From positions 10,930 through 74,929 of the forward strand of contig VMFW01000006.1 of assembly GCA_007376265.1 (NCBI GenBank): 64,000 nt of DNA. The letters run 5' to 3'. This DNA is from Parcubacteria group bacterium Gr01-1014_20 (GTDB lineage Bacteria > Patescibacteriota > Minisyncoccia > UBA6257 > 2-01-FULL-56-20). The notes under the pieces are model-generated. The model was not told the DNA's origin, ran no database searches, and saw nothing but the letters and a program-made list of their open reading frames with translations. Numbering within the stretch: position 1 is the first letter of the stretch; each line of letters opens with the position of its first letter. Made by a program: the position numbers and the translations under genes. This document shows positions 9,024-17,980 of the stretch, in pieces.

Positions 9024-10806
9024 TTTGGTGTCTATGGTGTTCAAGGAGGTTTTTTTCAATCGGAGTTTCCTCCTTTTTCTCGTCTGCGGCTCCCATGAGG
9101 GACTCACTGATCGAGCTTCTCAAATCGTCAAGATCAATTTCTATTTTGGGTGGGCGAGGCAATTCTCTGGGTTTTGGGGGGAGGATTGGTGCGGGTAGTA
9201 GATGTTCCCTCTTTTGAAAGGCCTGTGGAGTTGTAGCTACTTCTTTTGGTTTGAGAACATTGATTCGGGGCTCCTCGGAGGCGGGTCGGTTTTCTGGTTT
9301 GGGAAGTGGTTTAACTTCCGGTTTTGTTTCTACTCGGGTTTGGGGGGTGGTGGGTTTGGGCCAGGATGGAACGGGCCAGTTCGGGCCCACTGGTTTTTGA
9401 GTTTTCTCTTGATATTTAGGCTCCAATCCCTTAGTCGGTTTTGGCTTTAGAATTTCTGAGAGAGATTGTTCGTCGCGCCGGCTAATTTTTTCGTCAACGG
9501 TTTGCATGTCGGCATTCCATTCGGCGCTGATTCTTTCCTCAACTATTTTCCGAGGAGTGCCATATTTTTTTTGCGAATTTTCTATAATAACATCTCGGTA
9601 GGAAATGAGGGGTTGTCTCGGCGGCGGAATAGTTTCGGCCGAAAAAGGTCGTTGGGCCATGCCATCAATCATTAACTTAAGATAAACATTGTATTTGGCT
9701 AGGTTGACCAGATCGTTTTGAACAAATTCCGGCATAAATTCTTTTTCTAAGAACTCTCCGTCAACGGCGCCAACTCGGAAGGTGATCAAGGTGCCAACGT
9801 TACCAAAGATGGCGTCGCGGACGTGGGTATTTTCGCCACCATCTAACTGGCCTATGTACTGGTGGGCCAGAGTGAGACTCAAGTGATATTTTCTAGCTTC
9901 GGACAATATATTGGCAAATGAGTCCGTAGCGAAGTTTTGAAACTCATCTACGTATAGGAAGAAATCGCGGCGCTTTTCTTCGGGCACGTCTACTCGAGAC
10001 ATAGCAGCTAGTTGGAGGCGGGTGATGATCATGGCTCCCAAAAGAGCGGAGTTGTCCTCACCCATACGGCCCTTCGATAGATTTACGACGAGGATTTTCC
10101 CCTCATCCATTATTTTTCTCATTTTTAACACTGAACTCGATTGACCAAGAATATTTCTAATGAGCGGATTGGAAACGAATTGGCCGACTTTGTTTTGGAT
10201 GGCGGCTAAGGCTTCGGTTTCGAAACGTTGATTGTAGCGGGCAAATTCTTCCGCCCAAAAGGCTTTAATGACAGGATCTTTAAGGCCGGAAACTATTTTT
10301 TTTCGATATTCTGGCTGTGAAAACATACGCATAATTCCAAGCAGGGTAGAGTTGGGGTATTCGAGAAGCGCCAGGAGGGTGTTGTTTAAAATGTATTCCA
10401 TTCTGGCAGACCAGGCGTCGGGCCAGATTTTTTTAAAAACACCCATAATGCCTGAAGCTACCAGGTGGCGAAACTCATTGCCAACTTGTTCGAGCGGATT
10501 GAAAGCGATCGGAAACTCGAGGTCAGCCGGGTTCACGTAAATCACGTCGTTCACCCTTTCTTCGGGGACAAAATCCAGAACCCTTTCAGCAAATTCACCG
10601 TGAGGATCAACAACACCCACTCCCCTCCCCGCGCGAATGTCATCGATGGCCATATTTTCAAGTAAGGTTGATTTCCCGGAGCCGGTTTTTCCAACGACAT
10701 AAATATGGCGGCGGCGATCGTCGAGTTTAATGCCGAAAACCTTTTTGGAGCTCCTGAAATTGGCTTGACCCAATATGGTTAATTCTTCCTGATCTTTTTT
10801 ATTCAT
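8983..10806 (-). CDS. FtsK/HerA/TraD(VirD4)-superfamily P-loop ATPase with a Pro/Lys-rich low-complexity C-terminal tail
   Basis: Walker [12 protein letters not shown] near residue 40, a DPHGE motif, and Walker [12 protein letters not shown]. The C-terminal roughly 170 aa are a Pro-rich, disordered-looking tail. There is an 8-bp overlap with the upstream membrane-protein gene. Confidence 0.7.
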   Translation of the reverse strand: MNKKDQEELTILGQANFRSSKKVFGIKLDDRRRHIYVVGKTGSGKSTLLENMAIDDIRAGRGVGVVDPHGEFAERVLDFVPEERVNDVIYVNPADLEFPIAFNPLEQVGNEFRHLVASGIMGVFKKIWPDAWSARMEYILNNTLLALLEYPNSTLLGIMRMFSQPEYRKKIVSGLKDPVIKAFWAEEFARYNQRFETEALAAIQNKVGQFVSNPLIRNILGQSSSVLKMRKIMDEGKILVVNLSKGRMGEDNSALLGAMIITRLQLAAMSRVDVPEEKRRDFFLYVDEFQNFATDSFANILSEARKYHLSLTLAHQYIGQLDGGENTHVRDAIFGNVGTLITFRVGAVDGEFLEKEFMPEFVQNDLVNLAKYNVYLKLMIDGMAQRPFSAETIPPPRQPLISYRDVIIENSQKKYGTPRKIVEERISAEWNADMQTVDEKISRRDEQSLSEILKPKPTKGLEPKYQEKTQKPVGPNWPVPSWPKPTTPQTRVETKPEVKPLPKPENRPASEEPRINVLKPKEVATTPQAFQKREHLLPAPILPPKPRELPRPPKIEIDLDDLRSSISESLMGAADEKKEETPIEKNLLEHHRHQNGTEKKESNFEET

Positions 10807-12220
10807 ATTGTCTTTCGTCTTCTAGGAGTGGTAAATTTGGTGGCGGAGTTCCTTTTTTAGATTCGATTCTCTGGAGTTGAGGTGAGGTAACTGCGGTGAT
10901 TGGGAAGTGACAAATAGTGGCCAACTCCTCTATGTTTAAAATGGGAATTGGTTTTTTGGGAGACATTGATAGATCGCGATAACGTTCAAAAATTACGCGC
11001 CGTCGATAATCCAGCCGGGTTTCCTTGAAAAGGCCGTGAACAGCCGCTGTCATGGTCGGTTTATAGGGTCTTAGGAGGTTCAAATTTTGAGTGCTAAATT
11101 GCCTAAAGACACCCATAACGCCCATAACATTATCACGACTGAAGCTGTCGCGATGGTCGACGTAGATAAAACGTACGGTAGTGTCGAATCCAAGTTTAGC
11201 CGTTTTCCTTTCGATGCCCTCGAGGGCTTCTTTTTCTGTCGGTGAAAGCACGAGAAATTTGAAGTCATTATTCTTCCGTTCTTCTTTCTTTGCTTCGAGC
11301 GATGGGTGTTCGAATGGGGAGCGAACGGCCTCCTGAAGAGTAACTCCGAAGAGTGGAGTAGAGGGACTTTTAGCTTTTTTATCTCGACCCATCATTTTGT
11401 TTACCAGCTCGTCGCACTCGTCCTTCCAATCCCCTCCGGTGGGGCGAATCAAGAACTGAACCCAGATTTGTTCTTCGGATTTTAATTTCGACATCAGTTC
11501 AGTTAGAGCCGAGATTGGATCAACCCGACGTTCTTCGACAGGATCTTCAAATGAGATATAAGTTCGGATGGGGTAGCAGCTTTCTTTTTGAAGGACGAAT
11601 TCAAGGCCATGAGTCTGGAAAACTTTATTGGGCAGGACTTTAGGCATCTTTTTGACGTAGTCATCCTCTGGGTCCACTTCGCTTACTTCCGCGTTGGGAT
11701 ATTGTGAGTAGATAGCGGATTCCATTAGGTTTTGGAATTGAGCTGGGGTTCTTAGGTAAAGATGAATTTCGCCGCCAAGGCTGACTAATTCAAAGGCCAT
11801 TGAATACTCCCCTTTCCCCTCCCAGTGGATTTCCAAGAAACGCAGGCCGTAAGAATAAGGAGCGTGCGCGGCCGCGAAAATTTGTTCCATGGCTCTTGGT
11901 GTTTGCAGGATATCTTTAGGAATTTTTATTTCAAGCAACTTCCATCTGATTGCGACAAGCCATTTGAAATGAATGTAATAGTTCCACCAATACCAGAAAA
12001 AAGGCGCAAAGAAAGCGGGCAAAACAACCCACCAAACGTTGCTCCAGATCATCCCCATGTTTTTAAGGATCATTACGACCGGTTCCGGCAAATTAGGAAT
12101 CATTTCATTAATTTTAGCAAACTGTTTCAAAACGAAAAAGGGCCAAAAAATTTTAGGCCCTTTCTCTGTATTTACTTGATGATTTTGGTTACGCTTCCCG
12201 GATCTGGTAAGTCCCGTCAC
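10799..12220 (-). CDS. membrane protein (2 N-terminal TM helices plus a large soluble domain), partner of the downstream ATPase
   Basis: The N-terminus VVMILKNMGMIWSNVWWVVLPAFFAPFFWYWWNYYIHFKWLVAI gives two TM helices. The remaining roughly 380 aa are hydrophilic. Translationally coupled to the ATPase gene. Confidence 0.6.
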   Translation of the reverse strand: MTGLTRSGKRNQNHQVNTEKGPKIFWPFFVLKQFAKINEMIPNLPEPVVMILKNMGMIWSNVWWVVLPAFFAPFFWYWWNYYIHFKWLVAIRWKLLEIKIPKDILQTPRAMEQIFAAAHAPYSYGLRFLEIHWEGKGEYSMAFELVSLGGEIHLYLRTPAQFQNLMESAIYSQYPNAEVSEVDPEDDYVKKMPKVLPNKVFQTHGLEFVLQKESCYPIRTYISFEDPVEERRVDPISALTELMSKLKSEEQIWVQFLIRPTGGDWKDECDELVNKMMGRDKKAKSPSTPLFGVTLQEAVRSPFEHPSLEAKKEERKNNDFKFLVLSPTEKEALEGIERKTAKLGFDTTVRFIYVDHRDSFSRDNVMGVMGVFRQFSTQNLNLLRPYKPTMTAAVHGLFKETRLDYRRRVIFERYRDLSMSPKKPIPILNIEELATICHFPITAVTSPQLQRIESKKGTPPPNLPLLEDERQYE

Positions 12221-13223
12221 CCAAGCGTTCGAAGAATTTTCGGTTTTGGAGGTTAACGAGAATAGTGTTTTGTTTTAAGATCCTCTCCTTTTGAACAGCT
12301 AAGGAAATTTGCTTAGTGTTCATTGGTCCGTTTTGCTTCAAAATGCGCTTGATCACCTCCTGAACCGTACCGGGCTTAAAACCCTTTTCGGTTAGTCCGT
12401 AGATGCCCCGACCAACCAGAACAAACCGGTTGTCCTTGATGAGCTCATTGTGAACCGTTGGAGCCAGGGCAACTTTCTTGTCGAACTTAACTTCGTTGAT
12501 AAGGCTCGTGATTTGCTCAAAGTGCAGGGGTTCGGCGGACTTTTTGAGCACCAGGTAAATTCGATCGCGAATATTTTGCGGCTTAATTTCCGGCCATTCG
12601 GCGAGTCCAGTATCACTGTAGGGATTTGAGAAAACTTTCTTGGAGATGGCGACGAAATTCCTGGCAGAATTCTCGTTGATTTTTTCCGCTTTGATAAATT
12701 TAACGAAAAAGTTTTCGTAGTTTCCGGCCAACACTGCCTCTTTCTGTGGTTTCAGGAATTTGACCAATTGCGCGACAAATTTATTAAGATTGTCCAGATT
12801 TTTTCGATCTTGAAAGTAAAAAGATCGATAGTTCTGGTCTTCGTCGTGAAAGTGAAAATTTTTTGAAGATTCAAGCAGTAAGGCTAACTGATTTTTAGTG
12901 ATGCTGTCATCACCAGAGTTGAGTTGTTTTAATAGAATGTCTTCGCTAATAACGCCACCCACTGATTCCAGAGATTTCTTGCCTTTGCTTAAAATGGCTT
13001 GGCAATCTTTGTTCGTTGCGATTTTCTGTTTAAGCAAATTTAAACCAGCCGCTTCGATTTGACGGACACGTTCTCTGGTAATGCCGTATTTGTTACCGAG
13101 CGCGGCTAGAGTTTGCGGCTCTGAATTTGGCCCAGAAAGGCCAAAACGACCAACAATAACCTCCCTCCCCCTAGGGCTTAGGTCGGCAAAGATTGAATTA
13201 AAGACTTTTGTGATTGCACCCAT
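12189..13223 (-). CDS. protein with an N-terminal sigma-70 region-4-like HTH domain followed by about 270 aa of unknown function
   Basis: Residues about 15-70, LSPRGREVIVGRFGL…TLAALGNKYGITRERVRQIEAAGLNLLKQ, match sigma-70 regions 4.1/4.2 (compare LTxRExxVLxLRFGL…TRERIRQIEAKALRKL). No regions 2 or 3 are detectable. Confidence 0.6.
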   Translation of the reverse strand: MGAITKVFNSIFADLSPRGREVIVGRFGLSGPNSEPQTLAALGNKYGITRERVRQIEAAGLNLLKQKIATNKDCQAILSKGKKSLESVGGVISEDILLKQLNSGDDSITKNQLALLLESSKNFHFHDEDQNYRSFYFQDRKNLDNLNKFVAQLVKFLKPQKEAVLAGNYENFFVKFIKAEKINENSARNFVAISKKVFSNPYSDTGLAEWPEIKPQNIRDRIYLVLKKSAEPLHFEQITSLINEVKFDKKVALAPTVHNELIKDNRFVLVGRGIYGLTEKGFKPGTVQEVIKRILKQNGPMNTKQISLAVQKERILKQNTILVNLQNRKFFERLGDGTYQIREA

Positions 13224-13240
13224 ATTTTTATTGTTTTCCC

Positions 13241-13269
13241 ATTGTATACTGACTTGAAAAATAAGTCAA
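13241..13269 (-). promoter_or_regulatory. sigma-70-type promoter TTGACT-N17-TACAAT for the 12189-13223 operon, with the -35 element embedded in a 6-bp inverted repeat
   Basis: The minus strand reads TTGACTtatttttcaagtcagtaTACAAT, ending about 12 nt before the ATG at 13223. TGACTT-N7-AAGTCA forms an inverted repeat overlapping the -35. Confidence 0.45.
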
Positions 13270-13355
13270 ATAGTGACACTGGGTATAAACCTATCTGACT
13301 CCCTATTCTACTACGGCTTGGTTCTTTTGTCAAGTAGGGGGTAACTAAGGTAGGT

Positions 13356-14258
13356 TTAGGCTGACTTTTTCAGATTTTGCCAAATTAAGAGGAGGGGGCT
13401 TGCAACGAATATCGAAGAGTAGGCTCCGGTAGTAACTCCAACCAGAAGGGTGAGAATGAAGTATTTGAGGGTGATGGGACCGAAAAAGAAAAGAGCTAAA
13501 AGGACCAGGATGAGGGTTAGAGAGGTATTAATTGATCTTGCAACGGTTTGGTTGACGCTAGTGTTAATAATTTCCGCAAAGTCTGATTTGCCACGGCTGT
13601 GGAAAAGATTTTCTCGAATTCGGTCGAAGATGACGATTGTGTCGTGGACAGAGAAACCCATGACGACCAAAAGAGCGACCACGAAATTAGAATCAATTTC
13701 GACTTTGCCAAGATAGCCTAGGTAGGCTAAGAGTCCAGCTGGAATCACAATGTCGTGGAAAAGAGTGAGGAGGGTGACCCAGCCGTATTTCCAGGAACTT
13801 ATCGGTCGAGAGGTTTTTCGGAAAGCGAAGGCGATGAAAAGTGAGATTCCCACGAGGACCAGACCGATCGCGATCATTGCGTTCTTTCTTAGTTTTTCAC
13901 CAACGGAGGGCCCGATGGATTCGAAACTTAACTCTTTGGCGGTGGGATATTTACTGAGTACCAGTTTTAGGAATTCCTGGTGTTCAGCTTCACTCGCGAC
14001 TCCGAAGCGCGCGATGAAAATGTTTTCAGATTGGTTATAACTTAGACGAACTTCGCCGACATTTTTTATGTTTTCTTTGAGGAAATCGTCTATTTCTTTG
14101 AAGCTTTGCCTTTCTTCAGAGATTTTTAACTGCCAGAGGGTTCCACCTTTAAAATCTATTCCCTGATGGAAGCCGAAAGCGACTATCGAGACTATTGATA
14201 GAAGAGTGAGGATCAGAGAAAACAATAGAAATATTTTTTTGTGACCGATGATGTTCAT
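13356..14258 (-). CDS. secF: protein translocase subunit SecF
   Basis: 300 aa with six TM helices and SecF-type conserved blocks (…DFKGGT…, …GFSVHDTIVIFDRIREN…). Confidence 0.85.
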   Translation of the reverse strand: MNIIGHKKIFLLFSLILTLLSIVSIVAFGFHQGIDFKGGTLWQLKISEERQSFKEIDDFLKENIKNVGEVRLSYNQSENIFIARFGVASEAEHQEFLKLVLSKYPTAKELSFESIGPSVGEKLRKNAMIAIGLVLVGISLFIAFAFRKTSRPISSWKYGWVTLLTLFHDIVIPAGLLAYLGYLGKVEIDSNFVVALLVVMGFSVHDTIVIFDRIRENLFHSRGKSDFAEIINTSVNQTVARSINTSLTLILVLLALFFFGPITLKYFILTLLVGVTTGAYSSIFVASPLLLIWQNLKKSA

Positions 14259-14306
14259 ATTTTTACGAATTACGACTGATTTACGAATATACGAATAAAA
14301 TCTTAA

Positions 14307-15548
14307 TTAATTTTTTGGTTGGTTTTTGGCGAAGACTTTTAGCAGGAGCCTCGTGGTTGTGATGGCTGAAAACATGCTGACTAGAACTCCAATTAAAAGA
14401 GTTAGAGCAAAACCCTTGATGAAGCTCGAGGTAAAGAAATAAAGAATAACGGCCGTAATGATGGTGGAAATATTGGAGTCTCGAATGGATGGCCAGGCTC
14501 TTTTGAAACCTTCTTCGATGGCGGACATCCTGGACAAGCCTTTTTTAGTTTCTTCTTTTACTCTTTCGAAAATCAGAATGTTAGCGTCAACGGCCATGCC
14601 AATCGTAAGTATAAAGCCAGCTAAACCCGCCAAAGTCATAGTGACACCGATAAGCTTGAAAAGTCCTAGGGTGAGGATCGAGTAGATAATAAGGGCCACA
14701 ACGGCAAAGACACCAAAAAACTGGTAGTAGATCAGCATAAAAAGCATGACAACGAGCGTGCCGATGGCGCCAGCGGTTAAGGCTTTTTGGAGCGAATCAT
14801 TCCCGAGGCCGGGGCTCACGGTTTGCTGGTTGATGAGGACAATCGGAGCGGGCAGAGCGCCAGCGTTAAATCGTTCCACCAGGGTTCTAGCTTCGGTGAC
14901 GGTGAAGCGACCCGTGATAACGGCTTGGCCCCCAGTGATTTTCTGCTGAACGACTGGCGCTTCGATTAAACCTTCATCTAAGAATATCGCTATGGGTTTC
15001 CCAATATTTTTTTCCGTCAGGTTTTCGAATATTTTGGAGCCTTCATCGTTGAAACTGATAGAAACTTGCGGGGCGCCGGTTGTTTGGTCAAAGGTGAGCT
15101 GGGCGCTTGTAATGTACTGGCCGGTCAGAGGCGTTTCGGGAGTTACAAAGGTGGTGCTCGAACCGTTTTCGACTACCTCTCTAAAATCCAAAAGGGGCGT
15201 TTCTCCGATAAGACGAATGGCTTGGTTGATGTCGGTGATGCCGGCGATTTCGACGATGAGGTTCGTTTTGTTTCCAGACTCAGCCGTAAACACCTGCGGC
15301 TCGCTAACACCGAAAAGATTGACCCGTCTTTCAATTACATCGCGCAGACCGTTCACAACTGAACTTTGGTCGCCGCTTGGAACTTTGGTTAAATCAATTT
15401 CATAGATGAGGTGGCTGCCGCCGACCAGATCTAAGCCGAGTCGCCAAGGTCGGGTTTTCAACCCAAAGGCTCCCGGATAAACAAAAAAACCGGCGATAAT
15501 GGTCGCGACAAAAATAAAAGACAGAACAAGTCCTGGATACTTTCGCAT
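14307..15548 (-). CDS. secD: protein translocase subunit SecD
   Basis: 413 aa with N-terminal LGLDLVGGSHLIYE and C-terminal GLAGFILTIGMAVDANILIFERVKEE, both characteristic of SecD. Immediately upstream of secF. Confidence 0.85.
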   Translation of the reverse strand: MRKYPGLVLSFIFVATIIAGFFVYPGAFGLKTRPWRLGLDLVGGSHLIYEIDLTKVPSGDQSSVVNGLRDVIERRVNLFGVSEPQVFTAESGNKTNLIVEIAGITDINQAIRLIGETPLLDFREVVENGSSTTFVTPETPLTGQYITSAQLTFDQTTGAPQVSISFNDEGSKIFENLTEKNIGKPIAIFLDEGLIEAPVVQQKITGGQAVITGRFTVTEARTLVERFNAGALPAPIVLINQQTVSPGLGNDSLQKALTAGAIGTLVVMLFMLIYYQFFGVFAVVALIIYSILTLGLFKLIGVTMTLAGLAGFILTIGMAVDANILIFERVKEETKKGLSRMSAIEEGFKRAWPSIRDSNISTIITAVILYFFTSSFIKGFALTLLIGVLVSMFSAITTTRLLLKVFAKNQPKN

Positions 15549-15637
15549 GTGGAGATTATTCTAGCAATTTGATGATTTTTGGCAAGGAGGGGTCTTCACC
15601 TTGGTAAATTGCAACGAGTTAATAAAAGCCGCCTTCG

Positions 15638-15662
15638 GTACACGATGGCGGCTCCAGGGCTT
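15638..15662 (-). terminator. intrinsic terminator for the 72-aa gene
   Basis: The minus strand reads GCCGCC-atcgtgtaccgaa-GGCGGC followed by TTTTATT. Confidence 0.4.
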
Positions 15663-15676
15663 GAAGATGAGTGGGG

Positions 15677-15895
15677 TTAAAGCTTGATGTCATGCGTTCG
15701 GATCATGTCGTGGCACCAGCGAGTTTCGTTGCCACGGTAGGTGGTTCGGATAACTTCTTGAGGTTCGCGGTCGTCTGGAGTCATTTTCTTCGCGACAATG
15801 TCGAAGATTTTGCGTTTGTCGTCGTCGCTCAGTCGGTGATGACTTTTCCGCGCTTGGGCTGATTTGCTACGGCTTTGATCTTGCGAGCCTTGCAT
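15677..15895 (-). CDS. small basic hypothetical protein (72 aa)
   Basis: Strong RBS GGAGGAGG 7 nt upstream of the ATG. A hairpin terminator follows downstream. The product is charged and has no recognisable family. Confidence 0.4.
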   Translation of the reverse strand: MQGSQDQSRSKSAQARKSHHRLSDDDKRKIFDIVAKKMTPDDREPQEVIRTTYRGNETRWCHDMIRTHDIKL

Positions 15896-16000
15896 GGGAC
15901 CCCTCCTCCGGTCATTGCAACCGGGTGAATTGTTTTGAAACGTGAAGAGTTGTTAGTGAAGCTAGTTTAATTTTAGCTCACAGACTTTTGTTTTGGCAAG

Positions 16001-16059
16001 CCCTGGGACTAATTATGAAACCTTTTCATTTTCCTAGAATTTCATAATTAGTCCCAGGG
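16001..16059. repeat. perfect 20-bp inverted repeat with a 19-bp spacer (CCCTGGGACTAATTATGAAA … TTTCATAATTAGTCCCAGGG)
   Basis: Read directly from the sequence. The right arm is followed 8 nt later by TTTTTTT. It lies in the divergent intergenic region between the 72-aa gene (minus strand) and the LmbE-like gene (plus strand, ATG at 16104). Confidence 0.85.
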
Positions 16060-16103
16060 TCAAGCCGGTTTTTTTGGTTCGGATTTGTTGCTAGAATTGG
16101 GCT

Positions 16104-16712
16104 ATGAGTGATTTAGTTTTATCCAGGGGAAGAGCACTAGTGGTGGTGGCTCATCCGGATGATGAGACGATTTGGATGGGTGGGACGATTTTAGCTAATC
16201 CACAGACTAAATGGACGATATTTTCTTTGTGTCGTGCGGATGACAAAGATCGGGCGCCGAAGTTCCGCAAGGTGTGTAAGTTTTTGGAAGTGCGAGCGAT
16301 CATAACGGACTTGGACGACGAAGAAAAATTGAATTTGCGTGAGAGCCTGCCGGAGATTCGCCAACGAATTCGAAAAGTGGTTGGCTCCGCGCGATTTGAT
16401 TACGTCTTTACGCACGGCTATAATGGGGAATACGGACATCCGCGGCATCGAGGAGTGAGTCGAGTAGTAAGGGAGATGGTGCGAAGCGGAGAGATCAAGA
16501 CAAAACAACTTTTGAACTTCAGTTACGAATTTGATGAGCGGAGAAATCTGTGCCGACCAAAAAAGGCGGATATTTTTTTAAAACTATCCCTCGCTCTGTT
16601 TAAGAAGAAACAGAAAGTGATTAACGAGGTTTATGGGTTTCGGAAGTCAACGTTTGAGTTCAAAACCCTAACTAAAATGGAATATTTTAGAACGATTAAG
16701 CAACGAGTATGA
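16104..16712 (+). CDS. LmbE/PIG-L family N-acetylglucosaminyl deacetylase
   Basis: ALVVVAHPDDETIWMGGTI is the PIG-L signature. A His (HxxH-like) motif follows downstream. 202 aa. Confidence 0.8.
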   Translation: MSDLVLSRGRALVVVAHPDDETIWMGGTILANPQTKWTIFSLCRADDKDRAPKFRKVCKFLEVRAIITDLDDEEKLNLRESLPEIRQRIRKVVGSARFDYVFTHGYNGEYGHPRHRGVSRVVREMVRSGEIKTKQLLNFSYEFDERRNLCRPKKADIFLKLSLALFKKKQKVINEVYGFRKSTFEFKTLTKMEYFRTIKQRV

Positions 16713-17851
16713 GATCTGTCATTATGTACGCCTATCCGCCGGAGCCGGATGGGCTAAGTCAGCAAGGAGATTTGCTTCATCGTGGGATGAGGGAAAATGG
16801 CGAGGAGATTTGGCCGGTTCATTTATCGAGCGAATTTCAGAAGGAATTTTTGTATAAGTTTTATAAACCGGACGTGGCGATTGGGGTGGGTTTTTGGGGC
16901 CACGCGCAGGACATTATTTTACACCCGCAGAAGTACGGCGTTCAGCCAGTGCCGTGGTTACTTTCCGACGGGTGGGTGGCGAATTACCATCAACTTATTT
17001 CGGAGCTGCCATTGGTTTTCACGACGAGCGACTGGGTGCGAAAAACTTTTGAACGGGACGGAGTGGATACGAAAAATTTCCAGACGCTTTATATTGGTTT
17101 GGATACGGAGCTTTTCAAGCCCATTCCTCGCGATGATGCGAGGATTTTAAAAATTAAGGAAATGCTTGGGATTAAGCCCGATGAGGTGGTGATCATGACG
17201 GCGGGAGGAGACGTGACTTCTAAGGGGGCGCAAGAAGTTTTCAAAGCACTGAAAAAGGTGGATCAGGAATTTCAGAACTGGAAATATGTTTGTAAGGTTT
17301 GGGGGGGTGAGAGCGCGGATGATCATTACGACGATGAGATGGTTTTGCTTGACGAGTTGGGTCCGTCGAAGGATAAGGTGATTTATCTTGAAGGATCGTT
17401 GTCGCGAGAATTTATGCCCCTTTTACTCAACGCCTGCGATATTTATGCGGCACCGTCCCGATTGGAGGGTTTTGGGATGATTCAGGTAGAAGCGCAAGCG
17501 TGTGGGAAGCCAGTGATTTCGATTGACGAGATGGGACCGAAGGAGACGATCTTGAATGGCGAGACGGGGTTTTTGGCTAGAGTGGCAACAACCGTGGACC
17601 TCACTTCTGAATGGGCGTACGTTGGCATGGGATTTGAGGAAGATCACCGGATTGAGTTTGATAAGCCAAAGACCTTTGCTTATAGGGCGGATGAAAATGA
17701 CATTGCGGAATTTTTGCTGAAGCTTCTAAAAGACCCGGATTTGCGAGCGAAGATGGGCGCTAGAGCGCGAGAACATGTGGTAGGAAAATTTGAGTATCGT
17801 AAAATTGCCAAACAAATGGCGGACCTGATTAAAGCGAAGTTTAATATTTAA
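16709..17851 (+). CDS. GT4-family glycosyltransferase (retaining, GT-B fold)
   Basis: C-terminal domain AAPSRLEGFGMIQVEAQACGKPVIS…ETG carries the GT4 E-x7-E motif. There is a 4-bp overlap with the upstream deacetylase gene. Confidence 0.8.
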   Translation: MRSVIMYAYPPEPDGLSQQGDLLHRGMRENGEEIWPVHLSSEFQKEFLYKFYKPDVAIGVGFWGHAQDIILHPQKYGVQPVPWLLSDGWVANYHQLISELPLVFTTSDWVRKTFERDGVDTKNFQTLYIGLDTELFKPIPRDDARILKIKEMLGIKPDEVVIMTAGGDVTSKGAQEVFKALKKVDQEFQNWKYVCKVWGGESADDHYDDEMVLLDELGPSKDKVIYLEGSLSREFMPLLLNACDIYAAPSRLEGFGMIQVEAQACGKPVISIDEMGPKETILNGETGFLARVATTVDLTSEWAYVGMGFEEDHRIEFDKPKTFAYRADENDIAEFLLKLLKDPDLRAKMGARAREHVVGKFEYRKIAKQMADLIKAKFNI

Positions 17852-17888
17852 TAAAAACAAAAAACCGGCTGTCGTAATGACCAGCCGG
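17852..17888 (-). terminator. intrinsic terminator (minus-strand orientation) ending the small-protein operon
   Basis: CCGGCTG-tcgtaatgac-CAGCCGG hairpin. On the minus strand it is followed by TTTTTTGTTTTTATT. Confidence 0.5.
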
Positions 17889-17980
17889 TGGATAGTTATC
17901 GTCTGCGACGTCCTCCGCTGAAAAAGAGGAGCCAGATGATGAAAAAGAGCAGTATTCCTTCCATTGACTTCTCCTTGTTC

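Noticed and set aside
9202-9675. Plus-strand ORFs antisense to the Pro-rich tail of the ATPase gene (9202-9450, 9466-9675; also 8844-9198)
   Set aside because: They are antisense to a low-complexity coding region, which generates open frames by chance. Their Gly/Phe/Trp-rich composition is not protein-like.
16797-17150. 117-aa plus-strand ORF inside the GT4 gene in another frame, and the minus-strand ORF 17423-17647
   Set aside because: Both are internal to a well-supported GT4 gene. They have no RBS and an Arg-rich composition.
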